Made by a program: the position numbers and the translations under genes
The notes under the pieces: generated by a model
Database searches by the model: none
What the model was told of the DNA's origin: nothing
The model's input: only the letters and a program-made list of their open reading frames with translations
NCBI RefSeq assembly: GCF_006345805.1
Contig: NC_042997.1
Coordinates: forward strand, 4,402,001 to 4,466,000
Reading direction: 5' to 3'
Length of the DNA: 64,000 nucleotides
From: Octopus sinensis
Lineage: Eukaryota
Shown here: piece by piece, positions 51,450-64,000 of the stretch
Position numbering within the stretch: the stretch's first letter is position 1
How the letters are laid out: each line of letters starts with the position of its first letter

Positions 51450-51680
51450 GGGTCGCGAGGCAGCAGAAACGTTAGTATGCAAACAAAATGTTTAGTGGCA
51501 ATATGTCAGTCTTCATATTCTTAGTACAAATTTCGCCGAGCTCAACTTTACGTTTTATCCATTCATTGTCGATGAAATAAGTACAAGTTGATTATACGCA
51601 TCGATAATATAAGTATTAATTGATCATGTGGAACGGTGTAATCGACCGAACCTGCTCACTTTGTGCCAATTTGAATATAA
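51450..51680 (+). mobile_element. SINE (degenerate; family of 19435-19600)
   Basis: gcagaaacgttag...aaatgtttagtggc...aaatttcgccgagctcaacttt...gtcgatgaaataagtac. Confidence 0.5.
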
Positions 51681-52163
51681 TAATTTCAAGAATGTCAATG
51701 ACAACTTGGAAACATTCCTTTAAGTGGCAACGTGAAATGTAAGATATAGGAATACGATTTGAAGTTTCTCGACTTTTGTGTGCTTGCACTTAAGAATAAA
51801 GCGTTCTTGAATGCGATGCATCCAACGAAGAAAACAACGTTATTTTTTGTACACAGAAATATACATTAATGCTCTGTTACAGTTTCATTCACGAAATGTC
51901 CCGTCACATAGAATAAGACAAACAGTGAAGATGTCAGTCATTGTGTTCTAACTCGGATCATCAGCCATTTTCTAGAGCACATTAAAAAGAGAGCCAAGAA
52001 TATCACTTTGGTTGCGACTTCATATATTCAACTATATTTTCAGTAATCAGATTTCACATTGATTTATTCTATGATATCTGCACTGTGCAACGATGGAAAT
52101 ATAACAGTTGACAAGTCGAGTTCACGTAATTCTGTGATAATGCAATATAAGTATGCATATATA

Positions 52164-52430
52164 TATTGGGTTGGCAAAAAAGTAATTTCGTTATTCTCAA
52201 ATGGATAGAGAGATAGAGTTACGACCTTTTAATGACTTTTGTTACTGCTATGATTTATTCTATTTTGACATTTGATAGCCGTTACATTTAGCGTACTTTA
52301 GAAGCAAATCTTGTATAATTTTGTTTATAGTTGTTAACTGAGTGTCAATTTTAAATCGGAGTGCATATTTCGTCATATTTCTAAATCTATGCTGCGGTTC
52401 ACAAAGAGATATGCGAAGTTTATCTAGTCA
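52164..52430 (+). mobile_element. mariner terminal fragment (TIR)
   Basis: TA-TTGGGTTGGCAAAAAAGTAATTTCG resembles mariner TIRs and the end at 52998. Confidence 0.55.
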
Positions 52431-52439
52431 AGTAATCTC

Positions 52440-52975
52440 TCTTCTTTTCCATTAAAACTTGTTGGAACAAGGGTAAAACGTTTATTCGATTGACAGTAGT
52501 TGTTGTTTTTTTCATAGTAGGTATTGTCTTCAAGGAGGATTAAGGTAGTGTTTATGTATTTCTCTGGGTTCATGATTACTACCACACTCACTTTGTCGAC
52601 TTCCTTTTTACTTATATTGTGATCCTACATGAGATTATTAATTATCTTCCATTCTTCTCGATTCATATTTGTTTTAAATTTTCGAGTGGGAGTAAACTGT
52701 ATGGATAATTGGAAACCAAATCGCATAACTTATGCAGAGTTTGATTTCTTTCTTTTGCCGGACAGTAGTTACTTTTACTGCGAAGTATTAAGTGATCATG
52801 ATTGTCTTTACCCAACTGTTCTTCAGTGATTCGAAGCTTTCTGTTGTACACCTTTTGTATATCATTGAGCTTCGACCTTTGTGGATTTAGAGTGAACTTC
52901 AGTCCCTTTACGGGAATGTTGATTTGTTGGTTTGAAATGTTTTTTTCGTGAGAGCTTTATCAACTTCGGGATCTC
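52440..52975 (-). mobile_element. Penelope-like N-terminal (pre-RT) fragment
   Basis: QINIPVKGLKFT and RKLRITEE...LRSKSNYCPAKERNQTLHKLCDLVSNYPY align with QINILSK/GLKFT and RKLRLTEE...ARNRSNYTPSKGKNKTLDDFCDHISNYPY of the 6.2-6.45 kb PLE region. Confidence 0.8.
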
Positions 52976-52997
52976 ACATTTTAGTTCATGCCATATA

Positions 52998-53975
52998 TAT
53001 TGGGGCAGCATGAAAGTAATTTCGGGTTTTGACGTGAAATACAAATAGTGTTGTTTTTCATACAAAGAATGAACTTTACTCAATTGTGCATATTCTCCAC
53101 TTTGTTCTATGACTGTTTGCCATCTCTCTAGCAAATATATGATCCCGTGCTCATAGAACTTTTGATTCTTAGACAATAACTGAGATAATGGCGATATCAG
53201 ACCATCATATTCATTGAACGTTTTACCATTCTATAAATTCAGCAAATTTCGAAATAATTGCTAATTTGAAGGTGCAAGTTCAGGGCTATATGGTGGATAT
53301 GGCAACACTTCCCAAACAAGCTCCAATAAATTTTCAGGTGTTAGCAAATCGTGTGTGGTCAAGTGTTGTCATGATGGAATACGATTCTTCTATGATTTAC
53401 CACTTCTGGTCGTTTTTTCTTGATTGCTTCCTCCAGTTTCAATAGTTGTTGAAAGTATACATGAATTGATCGTTGGTTCCATGGAAGCAACTCAAAATAC
53501 ACAAAGCCTTTGTAATCCAATCAAATTGACAGCATGCTCTTTTTTTTCATGCAATTCAGCCTTCGATGCAGTTTGTGCTGGTTCATAACGCTTGGACCAT
53601 GATCGTTTTCGATTGATGCTATTTTACACAATTGATGGTTAATTTTAAAACAAGATCAATTCCATTGAGTTTGAGTTGCATATCGCAAATATTGACTCGT
53701 CGTTTTTAATGAATCTCTTTCAATTAATTTGGAAACACAATATCGAGCTTTTTATTGAGTCCATGACATTTTAAGTGATTTGCAATTCTTAATCTCTTTG
53801 CAATCTCTCGCACAGTTATATGACACTCAGATTCAATTATAGCTTTCATTCGGTCATCGTCAACTTCAGTAGGCCGAACCAAACGTTGCCCACATTTGTG
53901 TGAAAAATCTCCAGAATTGAATTTTTTAAAGCCATTTCTGACATGTGCATACAGTTAAGCAATCAACACCATAAT
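52998..53975 (-). mobile_element. Degenerate mariner transposon with one TIR
   Basis: VLPYPPYSPELAPSN (~53270-53310), FYEHGI.YLLERWQTVIEQSGEY C-terminus, TIR TATTGGGGCAGCATGAAAGTAATTTCGG. Confidence 0.85.
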
Positions 53976-54479
53976 GTCTTTCCGAGGTAAATACCAGTGG
54001 AGCAATGCGTTCGATATAATCGACTTATTCCCTTTGTCGGACTTGCTTGACTGGTATCAAAATTTGGAAACCAATATTATGAAAATCACAGATTGATCAA
54101 CTTTCTTCCTACTGAACCAGGTTTCTAGAATAGTTGAAGGAGAGGAGTTATTGTGTACCATCAGCACTAATACAAACATTTGTATTTTGTGATTATCGAC
54201 CCTAGAGGTAAGAACATCACTGCCGTCACGGCTGGATTTTAAAACAAAACTTTAAAATCGCTTATCTATTCTCTGATAATAGAATACTGAATTCGTTTTT
54301 CAGTCCTTAGGAATTTTCTCTCAGGATATTCAAATGGCATTTAGTATAGAGAAATACGCTGTTATTGAACCGAGTAGGCAAAACTTGACAGAAGTGGAGT
54401 ACTATTTCCAGATGATGAGCAGGTAAGAGAAGTTAAGGGTGAGGATTACAAGCATCATGGCGTTTACAACTTGAAGACA

Positions 54480-55320
54480 TGTAGAACAACAAAACGAGGG
54501 TAAAGATGTTTTCCGAATATACCAGAAGAGTTAAACGGTTAGGGAGGTTTAAATAAAATGGAGGGAACCTGATTAGAACCATCAACACCTGGCCTGTATG
54601 GATTAGAACCATCAACACCTGGCCTGTACAGGAGAATAAAGTCTATGCATGGTTGCCTTTATAGTAAACACAACATAGCAAGGCGTTACCCACCTTCGAA
54701 ATAAGGTGGCAAACGACAAGCTGGAATAGAGGATTGTGTCATGAAAGTTATCAAGTCCTTGCGTGCCTATCTGAGGTATAGTAATGAAAGAATTTTGCAG
54801 GCTGCACTATGTAATTAGTGATTTGGTGACACGACCCAGGAGTACAAAATACGGACACGTAGAAAAAAGATCAGCAACTGGGACGAGAAAGTTCTACATG
54901 GAGAGATTTTCCAATAAACAGGTTCCGATACATTAAGCTGATGAAGTATCTTGATGATGGTCAAGAAATATTTTTTTATAAAGTAGTAGACAGAAGGACT
55001 TGATCTGTTGCCTATGATCAAACTTTTCGAACTAAAGCAATCAAGTGTAGCATTGAAAATACAGCACTATTATCTATGTGTAGACTATGTAGAAAATCAT
55101 CTAAGCAGACATATAATTAGTAGATGCTCAGGACTAGCTCAAAAGGAGTACAAGAACGACATGACAAAATAATAGTGCGAATACACTAGGAGTTTTGCAG
55201 CGAGTGCAGAAAGAGAGTGTATTACAAGATGTATGAGCAACAACACTTGTCAGTGGCAGAGAATGGTGAAGTTAAACACACCTAGAGTAACCATTTGCAA
55301 CTTAACTGACCAGATATCAC
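54480..55320 (+). mobile_element. Heavily decayed R4/Dong-type (RLE) LINE 3' fragment
   Basis: IRTINTWPV (duplicated 30-bp unit at 54571/54601), CRLC...HIISRCSGLAQKEYK CCHC knuckle at ~55078-55155 followed by a frameshifted RHD. Confidence 0.7.
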
Positions 55321-55355
55321 CTACCTACTGACAAGATACATATTGTTATTGTTTC

Positions 55356-55480
55356 TGTTGAATAAAATTTGTTGGAAAAACGCCGCAATAATTATGTACC
55401 AACCTATTAATATTTCAATGTTTAAGAGATTTTGTCCGCTGATCCAACAAATTACTGTTCTCTCCATGAACGATTGAGGA
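55356..55480. repeat. Duplicated mariner-TIR-plus-flank segment (second copy ~57255-57378)
   Basis: tgttgaataaaat...gccgcaataattatg(t/c)accaac...atttcaatgtttaagagattttgtccg...tgaacg.ttgagga at both sites; the ccgcaat...caccaac segment resembles a mariner right TIR. Confidence 0.65.
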
Positions 55481-56502
55481 TAAAAATACACAAACACACA
55501 CACGCATATATATATATATATATATTGGTAGCTAGCGATATTAGGGCTTACTTTTCGAGTGTTAAAAGTAATACCGCCGCCAACAAAATCTTTCAAACAG
55601 ATAACTACCTCAATCACTCAAACATCTCAAAATGGAGAAAGGAAATTACTGTGTCTTGGTTTCATTATTTCCAGACTTAGAAATCATTAGCAGGAAGACG
55701 AAAGTCATGATCAATATGAATTAATTTCCCATAGAATATTTAAATGCTGCTACAATGTAGCGATTGTCATACGATTTGTTTTCTTGGCTAATTGAAAGAA
55801 ATTAATACTGCTCCTAAATTCGGCACATTTTGTTCATATTGAACTCAATTGTCTTACGCATTCTTTAATGTGTCCAGGGCCATCACTATATTTTCTTATT
55901 GTTGTTAATTTCTTACTGATTTTCGGTTACTTTGTTATTCAGAGCCCACGCTATTTCCTGTCATTTTACGTTGGAATTTATATTGAAATAATACTAATGA
56001 CATTTACATTATCGATTGAATCTTACGGCAAATACCAATTTGCTTTTTGTTGAGAAACACAGACAATTTAACAAACTGAAGTATATGAAATAAGTGCATA
56101 AATTCAGAAGTGATACGATCTAATTTTGGCCGGGGGACCAACTCTAATCTACAATGAACAAAACCAAAACACAGTAGATAATATATATATATAGAGAGTA
56201 TAATAGCAATCATTATATTTGTATTAATAATTACATCTAATTGCTTTGCGTAGAAACTTTGTGTATCTTAAGATTTAGATTTGTATCATTTGAATATCTT
56301 TTCAAATGTTCAATAATTTTCATTGCTATGTCTAAACACAGGTGCAAGAAATTCATTTTCAGACATATTGTTAAAACACATGTGTAGTTTTCGATTTTTC
56401 ACAAGAGTTCAGTTTACTAAATACCGAGTTGATTATGTCGATCATAATTGTTAAAAATTCATACGTTACATAGTTGAACGATGCTTAGCGCTCGTCAATT
56501 CC

Positions 56503-56544
<42 letters not shown>

Positions 56545-56545
56545 T

Positions 56546-56591
<46 letters not shown>

Positions 56592-56744
56592 GCATGTATA
56601 TATACATGTAGATGTAGGTACGTACATATATGTTTGTATGTATGCATATCTTTTATTTATTACACTATTGTATGACTGAGCGCCTTCGCGTCGATTCGAT
56701 TCTATTCGTTTGCTTTCGTTTCGTTTTTTCTTCTTCTCTAAGCT

Positions 56745-56780
<36 letters not shown>

Positions 56781-57548
56781 TATTTTAATCTCGTAGATTC
56801 ATCGCTACAGCTTTTCCTATCAAATTATTCATTTCTATTTAAAAACAGTTCAGCAATTTTTTTTTTAAATACAGAAATTAAATATGCTGAAGCGTAACGA
56901 CACACATTACATGACAAATAATAATAATATGTGAGGTATCATTATTGATTATTATAATATTTATCATAATATTACTTGTTAATAAACACACGGAAATTGT
57001 AGATGTATTTCTCAAGAACTCGAGCATGGTGTATGCTGTCCGCACAATTTTGAAAACGTCGCTTTGAAGAAATAAATTCCAGCTCTCAAATGTGAAGGTA
57101 GAATGTTATTAGAAAACTTTTACGAGTGTTGGCACGCTAACTCGAGAATAGCAGAGCCTGATATGACGGCCTGACCATCTGCCAAACATATGAGAAGCAG
57201 TATGCTCCCGAATAATCATTGAAGGTGTTTTTGTTTCAGGTAAATTTTGTTTTTGTTGAATAAAATGTTTTGATAAAAGCCGCAATAATTATGCACCAAC
57301 ATAATGATATTTCAATGTTTAAGAGATTTTGTCCGGCGATCCAACTATTTAATGTCCTCTCTATGAACGCTTGAGGACATAGGTGTTGTTATATTTACGT
57401 GGACGATTTTATGAGGTAAAAAAATAAATAAGTTTCAGGTTAAGTAAAAGAAATCGTCATTGAATTCGCAGTATGTCCTAGGGAACAATGATAACATGTT
57501 CATGGATTACAATTGCAATGACAGTCGGGGTGATATACGCTAGTATAA

Positions 57549-57596
<48 letters not shown>

Positions 57597-57644
57597 TTCT
57601 TCGTATATAATTCCACTCGTGCGGTACCCTACAACTCCACTTTG

Positions 57645-57681
<37 letters not shown>

Positions 57682-58009
57682 AGTATGTATGTATAAATGT
57701 GTATGTGAGTGTGTCGGCATATCAACGTAAAACCCGGAGTACCATATTTCTAAATAGAAATAAGAACTGCAACGGTAAAATACAATCAGTACCCTTATTT
57801 TGAAGAAATATATATTGCACAGACAAACCACTTCTCCTCGAAAGCCCACGAACATGCAAGCAACGAATTGGGAAACCGAATATTCATTTAATTCCTTGTA
57901 GCTACCATTCAGAAACACAAAGAGAATGATTTTAATATTTTCATTTCCGACTCAACTGAGTGTAGAAGAGTAACAGAAAATCAGTTTACTGAAAAAGTTT
58001 TAATGGTTA

Positions 58010-58062
58010 ACAATAATAATAATAATATTAATAATAACACCACCACCATTACCACCAGTACC

Positions 58063-58094
<32 letters not shown>

Positions 58095-58255
58095 CAATTA
58101 TACTACTAATACTACTACTACTACTGCTGCTACTACTACTACTGCTACTAATACTACTACTGCTGCTGCTACTACTACTACTACTATTACTACTACTACT
58201 ACTACTACTACTACTAATAATAATAATAATAATAATGATGATGATGATGATGATG
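58010..58255. repeat. Compound trinucleotide microsatellite (AAT/CAC/AAC/TAC/GAT)
   Basis: Direct inspection. Confidence 0.95.
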
Positions 58256-58920
58256 AACTGGAAAGATTATTACAGATATTATATGGATTTACCAAAGAAA
58301 TAAACATGAAATTTGGCTAAGAAGAATGTACAAAAGCAACTTTAAAAAGAGGAACACTGGTTAAGAGTAACTACATCGCCCGAGATAATGCAAATGAAAT
58401 AAGAAATTTAAATCAAACCAGAAATAAGAAATTAAAATCAAAAAGGTCACAGATTATTAGAAAGCGACCATACTCTGGGATATGCCGATGCACACAAAGA
58501 ATAGGCCGGATATAGTTGTCAGAAATCATCGAGAAAGAAAATGCTTTGTAATAGATAGATCAATGTCAACAGATGATAATATTCCCCTAAAAGAAACGCA
58601 CAATCTGTCAAAATACAAAAATTTAGAAATAAATGTAACTCGAATGTGGAAGCTAAAAGTAGAAACAATACCTAGCATAGTAGGCGCATTAGATATGATA
58701 AAAAATATTAAGACAAATACATAACAAAATCACCCAAAGTTACATGTAAATAACACAAACACAAAACAGCATTACTAGGCACCGCGCACATCCTACGTAA
58801 ATCACTTTTAATCCAGTGAAGAAACGTAGTACTACAACAAACCATAGCACACACCCAAGGCACACAGGGCTGCGCTCGGTAGTGCAGTGAAATCACGTGA
58901 TTAAAAACAAAACTACTGAA
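58250..58920 (+). mobile_element. R4/Dong-type LINE 3' fragment with internal deletion
   Basis: ELERLLQ...INMKFG (late RT), then NRPDIVVRN...VIDRSM...SKYKNLE...IVGAL (RLE domain); 3' UTR shared with 60671-61167. Confidence 0.8.
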
Positions 58921-59735
58921 TATTAAAAATATTAATAATAATGATGATGAAATATGATGATGATGATGATGATGAAATTTTATAAAAAAATAATATACAA
59001 AGAAATTTCATATCGTAATGAGATGCGATTTCCTTTAAAAATGAAATATGTGCAGTATCACATTTAAAAATATGTGTAGCATTTCATTTAAAAATGAAAT
59101 ATGCGTGGTATCACATATTTCTCACTAACTGATTGCAGCCTGCATCGTGATATCCTCTGTCATAAATATGGTTAGTCAAAATATTTCTATGAGTAAGCGA
59201 TGACAATGTCGACTGTGTCGTTGTTCCATCACATCATGATGTCTAAACCAGAAACTGATCGAATAAGAAAGTGTTCGTCACTTTCAGCCTGCTGGAACCA
59301 GTCAGAATATATTTAATGGAAGAATCCAGATATTCACTCCAGCGGTCAATCGGAAAACACATTAACTGTGTAGTGATAACGTCAATATTTACTTTTAAGA
59401 ATTGTTATAAAGCATGAACATGCTTGTAATGATGTAGTATGAATAATTGCAAATTTATATATTTATCTATATATATATATATATATATATGGACACACAC
59501 AAACATAAGATGGGAATATCCGTCTATTTTGTATATGCGTGTAACTAATCATATATGTATGTGCATATTATTTTCATTATTTACATTTGACAGATATTTG
59601 TCCTCATCGTGTTGTTAACACAATTTTTGTGCTGATAAACTTTCCAGGCTTCATTGTTGGGAAAATTTCGAATCTGGGATCTCACTCCTAAGGTATTTTT
59701 CGATGTTGTTGTAGTTGTTATTGTTATTATTATTA

Positions 59736-59782
<47 letters not shown>

Positions 59783-59802
<20 letters not shown>

Positions 59803-60282
59803 GAGTGAGAGAGCAGTTCATGCCATCAAAGTGACACGGGTGAAATATACGAAGCCCAGTATACCCATCATGACTACCCGTCTGATAAAGGTACACCAGG
59901 CACATGCATCACAACCATATGTGCGCGACATGGTGATCTCATATCAAGATAAACAGCACATGACCTTGCAGTTGGGGCCCAGTTAGAATTTTCTTCAGGT
60001 TGAGTTGCCCATCCCGCTCAAAAGGTCCCTGAATAAGGGTTGTTTAAGGAAGTTGAAAGAACCACCCATGTTTCCAGAGGTGAATTATTCAAACTCCAAA
60101 GAATCCCTCTCAACACATGGCTATGATGCTCCCCCACTACTTCTGCTCGTGATCAGAGATGCACACATCGTCAGCCACTAAGGGACATGCTCAACTGGTT
60201 AAAGTCAAACAACTGACAAGCAAATCTGTGGTATTCAGCAGAATATTTGCTGTAGCCCATCTTTTATACCAAGACAAAACAA

Positions 60283-60283
<1 letters not shown>
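59783..60283. mobile_element. ~500-bp non-coding insert embedded in a (TTA)n array
   Basis: Complex sequence bounded precisely by (TTA)n on both sides; no recognisable ORF. Confidence 0.5.
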
Positions 60284-60348
<65 letters not shown>

Positions 60349-60386
60349 CATTATTATTATTATTATTATTGTTTTTATTATTATTA

Positions 60387-60426
<40 letters not shown>

Positions 60427-60563
60427 GTTATTGTTATTATTATTGGTGTTATTATTATTATTATTATGGTTATTATTTATTATTATATATTATTATATTA
60501 TTATTATTATTATTATCAATATTATTATTATTATTATTATTATTGTTATTGTTATTATTATCG

Positions 60564-60595
<32 letters not shown>

Positions 60596-60606
60596 GTTTT
60601 TATTGC

Positions 60607-60670
<64 letters not shown>
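60284..60670. repeat. (TTA)n microsatellite array
   Basis: Direct inspection. Confidence 0.95.
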
Positions 60671-61167
60671 GAGACAAGAAAAGGTCACAGAAAACGAGAA
60701 AGCAACCATACTCTTGCATATGCCAATACACACAGATGGAGAAATTAAGGCTAACAGACCAGATATAGTTGTCAGAGACGAGGAAAAAAAGCTTTCTAAT
60801 TGATGTATCAATACCAGCAGATGACAACGTGTCTCTAAAAGAAATGGAGAAATTTTCAAAATACAAAACTCTGCAAATAGAGGTAATTAGAAAGCGAAAT
60901 CTAAAAACAGAAACAATTCCTATCATAGTAGGTGCATTAGGCATGATAAAAAATTATGAAGACACATACATAACAAAAACACCAGGACATACAAACACAT
61001 ATAACACACAGAAAATTGCACTACTAGGCACTGCACACATCCTACGCAGAACACTTTCAATACAGTAACCATCAGAGCATCACAGCAAAGCACAGCACAT
61101 ACCCAAGGCACACAGAGGTTCGCTCGGTAGTGAAGTGAAAGCACGTTATAAAAATAAAACTACTGAA
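60671..61167 (+). mobile_element. R4/Dong-type LINE 3' end (family A)
   Basis: IKANRPDIVVRD / LIDVSIPAD.NVSLKEMEKFSKYKTL...IPIIVGALG...GTAHILRRTL; ends in (TGA)n(TAA)n. Confidence 0.88.
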
Positions 61168-61178
61168 TGATGATGATG

Positions 61179-61228
<50 letters not shown>

Positions 61229-61249
<21 letters not shown>

Positions 61250-61800
61250 CTGGAACTTCCCCATTCAAACTGACAGAAAGATAGATGAAAATAGGCCAGA
61301 CATCATATTGAATGACTTCAATCAAAGAACATGCCTCCTCATTGATATGACTGTCCCAATCGATATAAACGTATCTGTCAAGACCTACCAAAAACTGAGC
61401 AAATATAAAGATCTTGAAATAGAAATCAGCAAAATATGGAACCTGAAGACTAAAACAACACCTCTTGTCATAGGTGCCCTGGGAATGATAGCAAAAGGGG
61501 CTGATCGCTACCTAACTCAGACACCAGGAAACAACAAAATGGCAGACATTCAAAAGATAGTGCTCATGGGAACTGGTCATATCCTACGCAAACTACTTTC
61601 TATGTAATCTCAAGTTTTCAAACAAACATAATTTTCTTTATTTTTTAGGCGTTCACTAGTACAGCACTAAGTACAAAACCAAATATATGGCACACCAGGC
61701 ATAACAACAATACGAACTTCCAATCTGTTGTCTCTTTAGGTCCCTGGGTGAGACTTGGAGCCAATTTGTACAGACATAAAGCAAAAGTCAAACATAGAAT
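61229..61800 (+). mobile_element. R4/Dong-type LINE 3' end (family B)
   Basis: WNFPIQTDRKIDENRPDIIL...LIDMTVP...KLSKYKDLEIEISKIWNLKT...VIGALG; different 3' UTR; flanked by (TAA)n on both sides. Confidence 0.88.
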
Positions 61801-61818
61801 AATAATAATAATAATAAT

Positions 61819-61867
<49 letters not shown>

Positions 61868-61926
61868 TAATAATAATGATAATAATAAAAAAAATAATAA
61901 TAATAAAAATTATAATAATAATAATA

Positions 61927-61982
<56 letters not shown>

Positions 61983-64000
61983 GGGACGTTTAAGATATAA
62001 CAAGGAAAATTCAGAGCTCCGAAATCTATACACAAACATCGAAAACAAGGACATCCTATGGAGCCAAAGTTTTACTAACAAAGAATTGGACTGTACCCGA
62101 GTAAGTAATACTAATTGAAATTTATTACCATTTTCGAAACGAAATGATGTATTTTGACTCGATATCATCTCCGCCTCTAACGCAACACATGTAAACATGC
62201 GTAGAACATCACGATCATCTCCGATCCCAAACACCATGTACAAAGGAACTACGAAGAAATTAAATGCCACCGATACTATTCAACCCAAGAATAACAATCG
62301 AGCGGTACGTACATTAAACTTACAACAAAAAATGTACGAAAAACTACACGTGCGAAATAATGTGACAACAGAAATAAACGGACCGGTACCCTACGAAAAT
62401 GACGACCGTCAAAATAATGGGCCGGACGTTGTACCTCATGTCCCGCAAATAAAACCCAAAAGATGTAAATGGACACGTGAGGAATGCATTTCTATCTTAC
62501 ACGCATACTTCACAGCAGTACTCTACCCAAAACCTGAAAATACAACAACACATACATATGAAATATGGAAGGAAAATAATAGAGATATAGACTTGGATAC
62601 AGCAATGAACCCTAATAAATTAGCTAACGTACGAAGATACATTCTCAACACAAAAAAAATATCAGAAATAGAAATAGAACACCTAAAAGAAAACATACAC
62701 CAGGAAAATGTAGATAGAAGCCACACAACAATGCCCAATAATATAAACACTGAAACTGTAAAACACGAAGACAAACGCAACATTCCCAACAAACACGATG
62801 TAAACAACGAAGGGGAGCCTAATGATTATGATAATATAAAAAATAAAATAATCAAAGAACTGAAAACCACAGAGCTCAAAATGGACCACCGACCATACCT
62901 CCCAAGAATCAAAATTATCAAAATAACAACACCTATTATAAACAGCATAAACCTAGCCGTCACTGTACTGATAGCCACTGAATAAAAAAAAAAGTGATAT
63001 CACTGCGCTAAATAACCTAATATACGCAGCAGCCACTGCAGCCACAAAAGAAGCTGGATACTCACCCAAACCCGCCCAAAAAGGAGTACCACCACCCAAA
63101 CAAACCCTGTGGATAAATAACATCCAAGGCAAAATAAAAAAAAAAATTAGAAAAGACCTGTCGATTCTTAATGAAATCAGCAAACAATCAACGCTACTGA
63201 GCAACAAAAAGAGAACAAAAATACTCCGCAAATATAACATCACTGAGAAAGATTTGCCTGAAATGAAAGAAAAGCTGAAGCAAGATATCCTTGCCAAAGC
63301 ACAAAGGATCCGACGGTACAAGAAACGCCAACGCTTCTTTGAAGAAAACAAAAAGTTCAACTCCAACCCCCAAAAGTTCTACCAAGAACTGGGAAAAATA
63401 AAATAGAAGTCACTGCAGCACCAACGGCAGAAGAATTGGAAGAATTCTGGGGAGAAATATGGTCGGCGAACGAACCACCAAAAAAAGGAGTATCAGAATA
63501 ACAAACTCGGCATCTGAACAACTTTGGACCCCCATAACAACTGAAGAGGTCACCCAGGCACTGCAAAGACTAAGCAACTGGAAGGCACCTGGGCATGACA
63601 AGATCCCCAACTTCTGGTTGAAATATCTAACAGGAATGCACAAAAAGCTGGCTGAAAACTTTAACAACGTACTAGCAGAGCCAGAGACGATGCCTGAATG
63701 GCTCACGAAGGGGAAAACCATCTTAATTCCCAAATCAAATGAAACAGAAAAAACAGAAAACTACGGACCAATAACCTGCCTCCCTACTATGTTCAAGGCA
63801 TTTACTGCAGTGATATCACAAATGCTGAACAAGCACCTGGACGAAAACAAACTGTTCCCAGAAGAGCAGAAAGGATGCCGCAAAGGCTCATATGGCTGTA
63901 AAGATCAACTAATGATTAATAAAGCCATAACTGAAGACAGCCACAGAAAGAAGAAAGGCCTCAGTATGGCCTGGATTGACTACAAAATGGCGTTTAATAG
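61983..64000 (+). mobile_element. R4/Dong-type LINE 5' portion (runs off the window)
   Basis: Starts directly after (TAA)n; ORF 62197-62985 with KWTREECISILHAYF...KLANVRRYI N-terminal domain; later WKAPGHDKIPNFWLK, KGKTILIPK, YGPITCLPTMFK, EEQKGC, GCKDQL, AWIDYK (RT domains 0-3); several stops and frameshifts. Confidence 0.9.

Noticed and set aside
52862-53176. 104-aa ORF joining a mariner C-terminus to PLE sequence
   Set aside because: Runs through the mariner TIR into a largely out-of-frame PLE fragment; adjacency of relics, not a gene.
54571-54628. 30-bp direct repeat as a CRISPR-like array
   Set aside because: Only two adjacent units with no spacer, inside a LINE relic, in eukaryotic DNA.
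59654-62270. Poly-L/I/Y/N ORFs
   Set aside because: Translations of (TTA)n/(TAA)n arrays fused by chance to LINE fragments.

Overview
AT-rich, microsatellite-dense eukaryotic DNA made almost entirely of transposable elements and their remnants. The SINE families and the TA/CA/TAA microsatellite landscape look like a coleoid cephalopod (Octopus-like) genome, which is an inference. No host gene can be called with confidence; there is only a weak candidate spliced minus-strand transcript near 37.5-38.3 kb. The main elements are: (1) a near-intact, 5'-truncated Penelope-like retroelement (Neptune-type RT + Zn-finger + GIY-YIG, 4295-9240) with a ~920-bp tail-to-tail inverted repeat carrying a variant minimal hammerhead ribozyme; (2) a long CR1/L2-group LINE RT ORF (26947-29349, minus) plus decayed relatives; (3) a nest of R4/Dong-type (restriction-like endonuclease) LINEs inside TAA arrays (58-64 kb); (4) tandem non-autonomous Helitrons and a Helitron helicase relic; (5) several mariner/Tc1 relics and tRNA-derived SINEs. 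The most striking unexplained pattern is a set of short non-coding fold-back elements with no similarity to each other visible by eye, each sitting against a (TA)n tract. Five of them (14.2, 17.4, 30.0, 38.5, 45.2 kb) contain a hammerhead-ribozyme motif, mostly with a palindromic helix III, in the same layout as the Penelope element's tail. This suggests a diverse population of ribozyme-bearing, microsatellite-associated non-autonomous PLE derivatives. Most ORFs in the supplied track are microsatellite artefacts.
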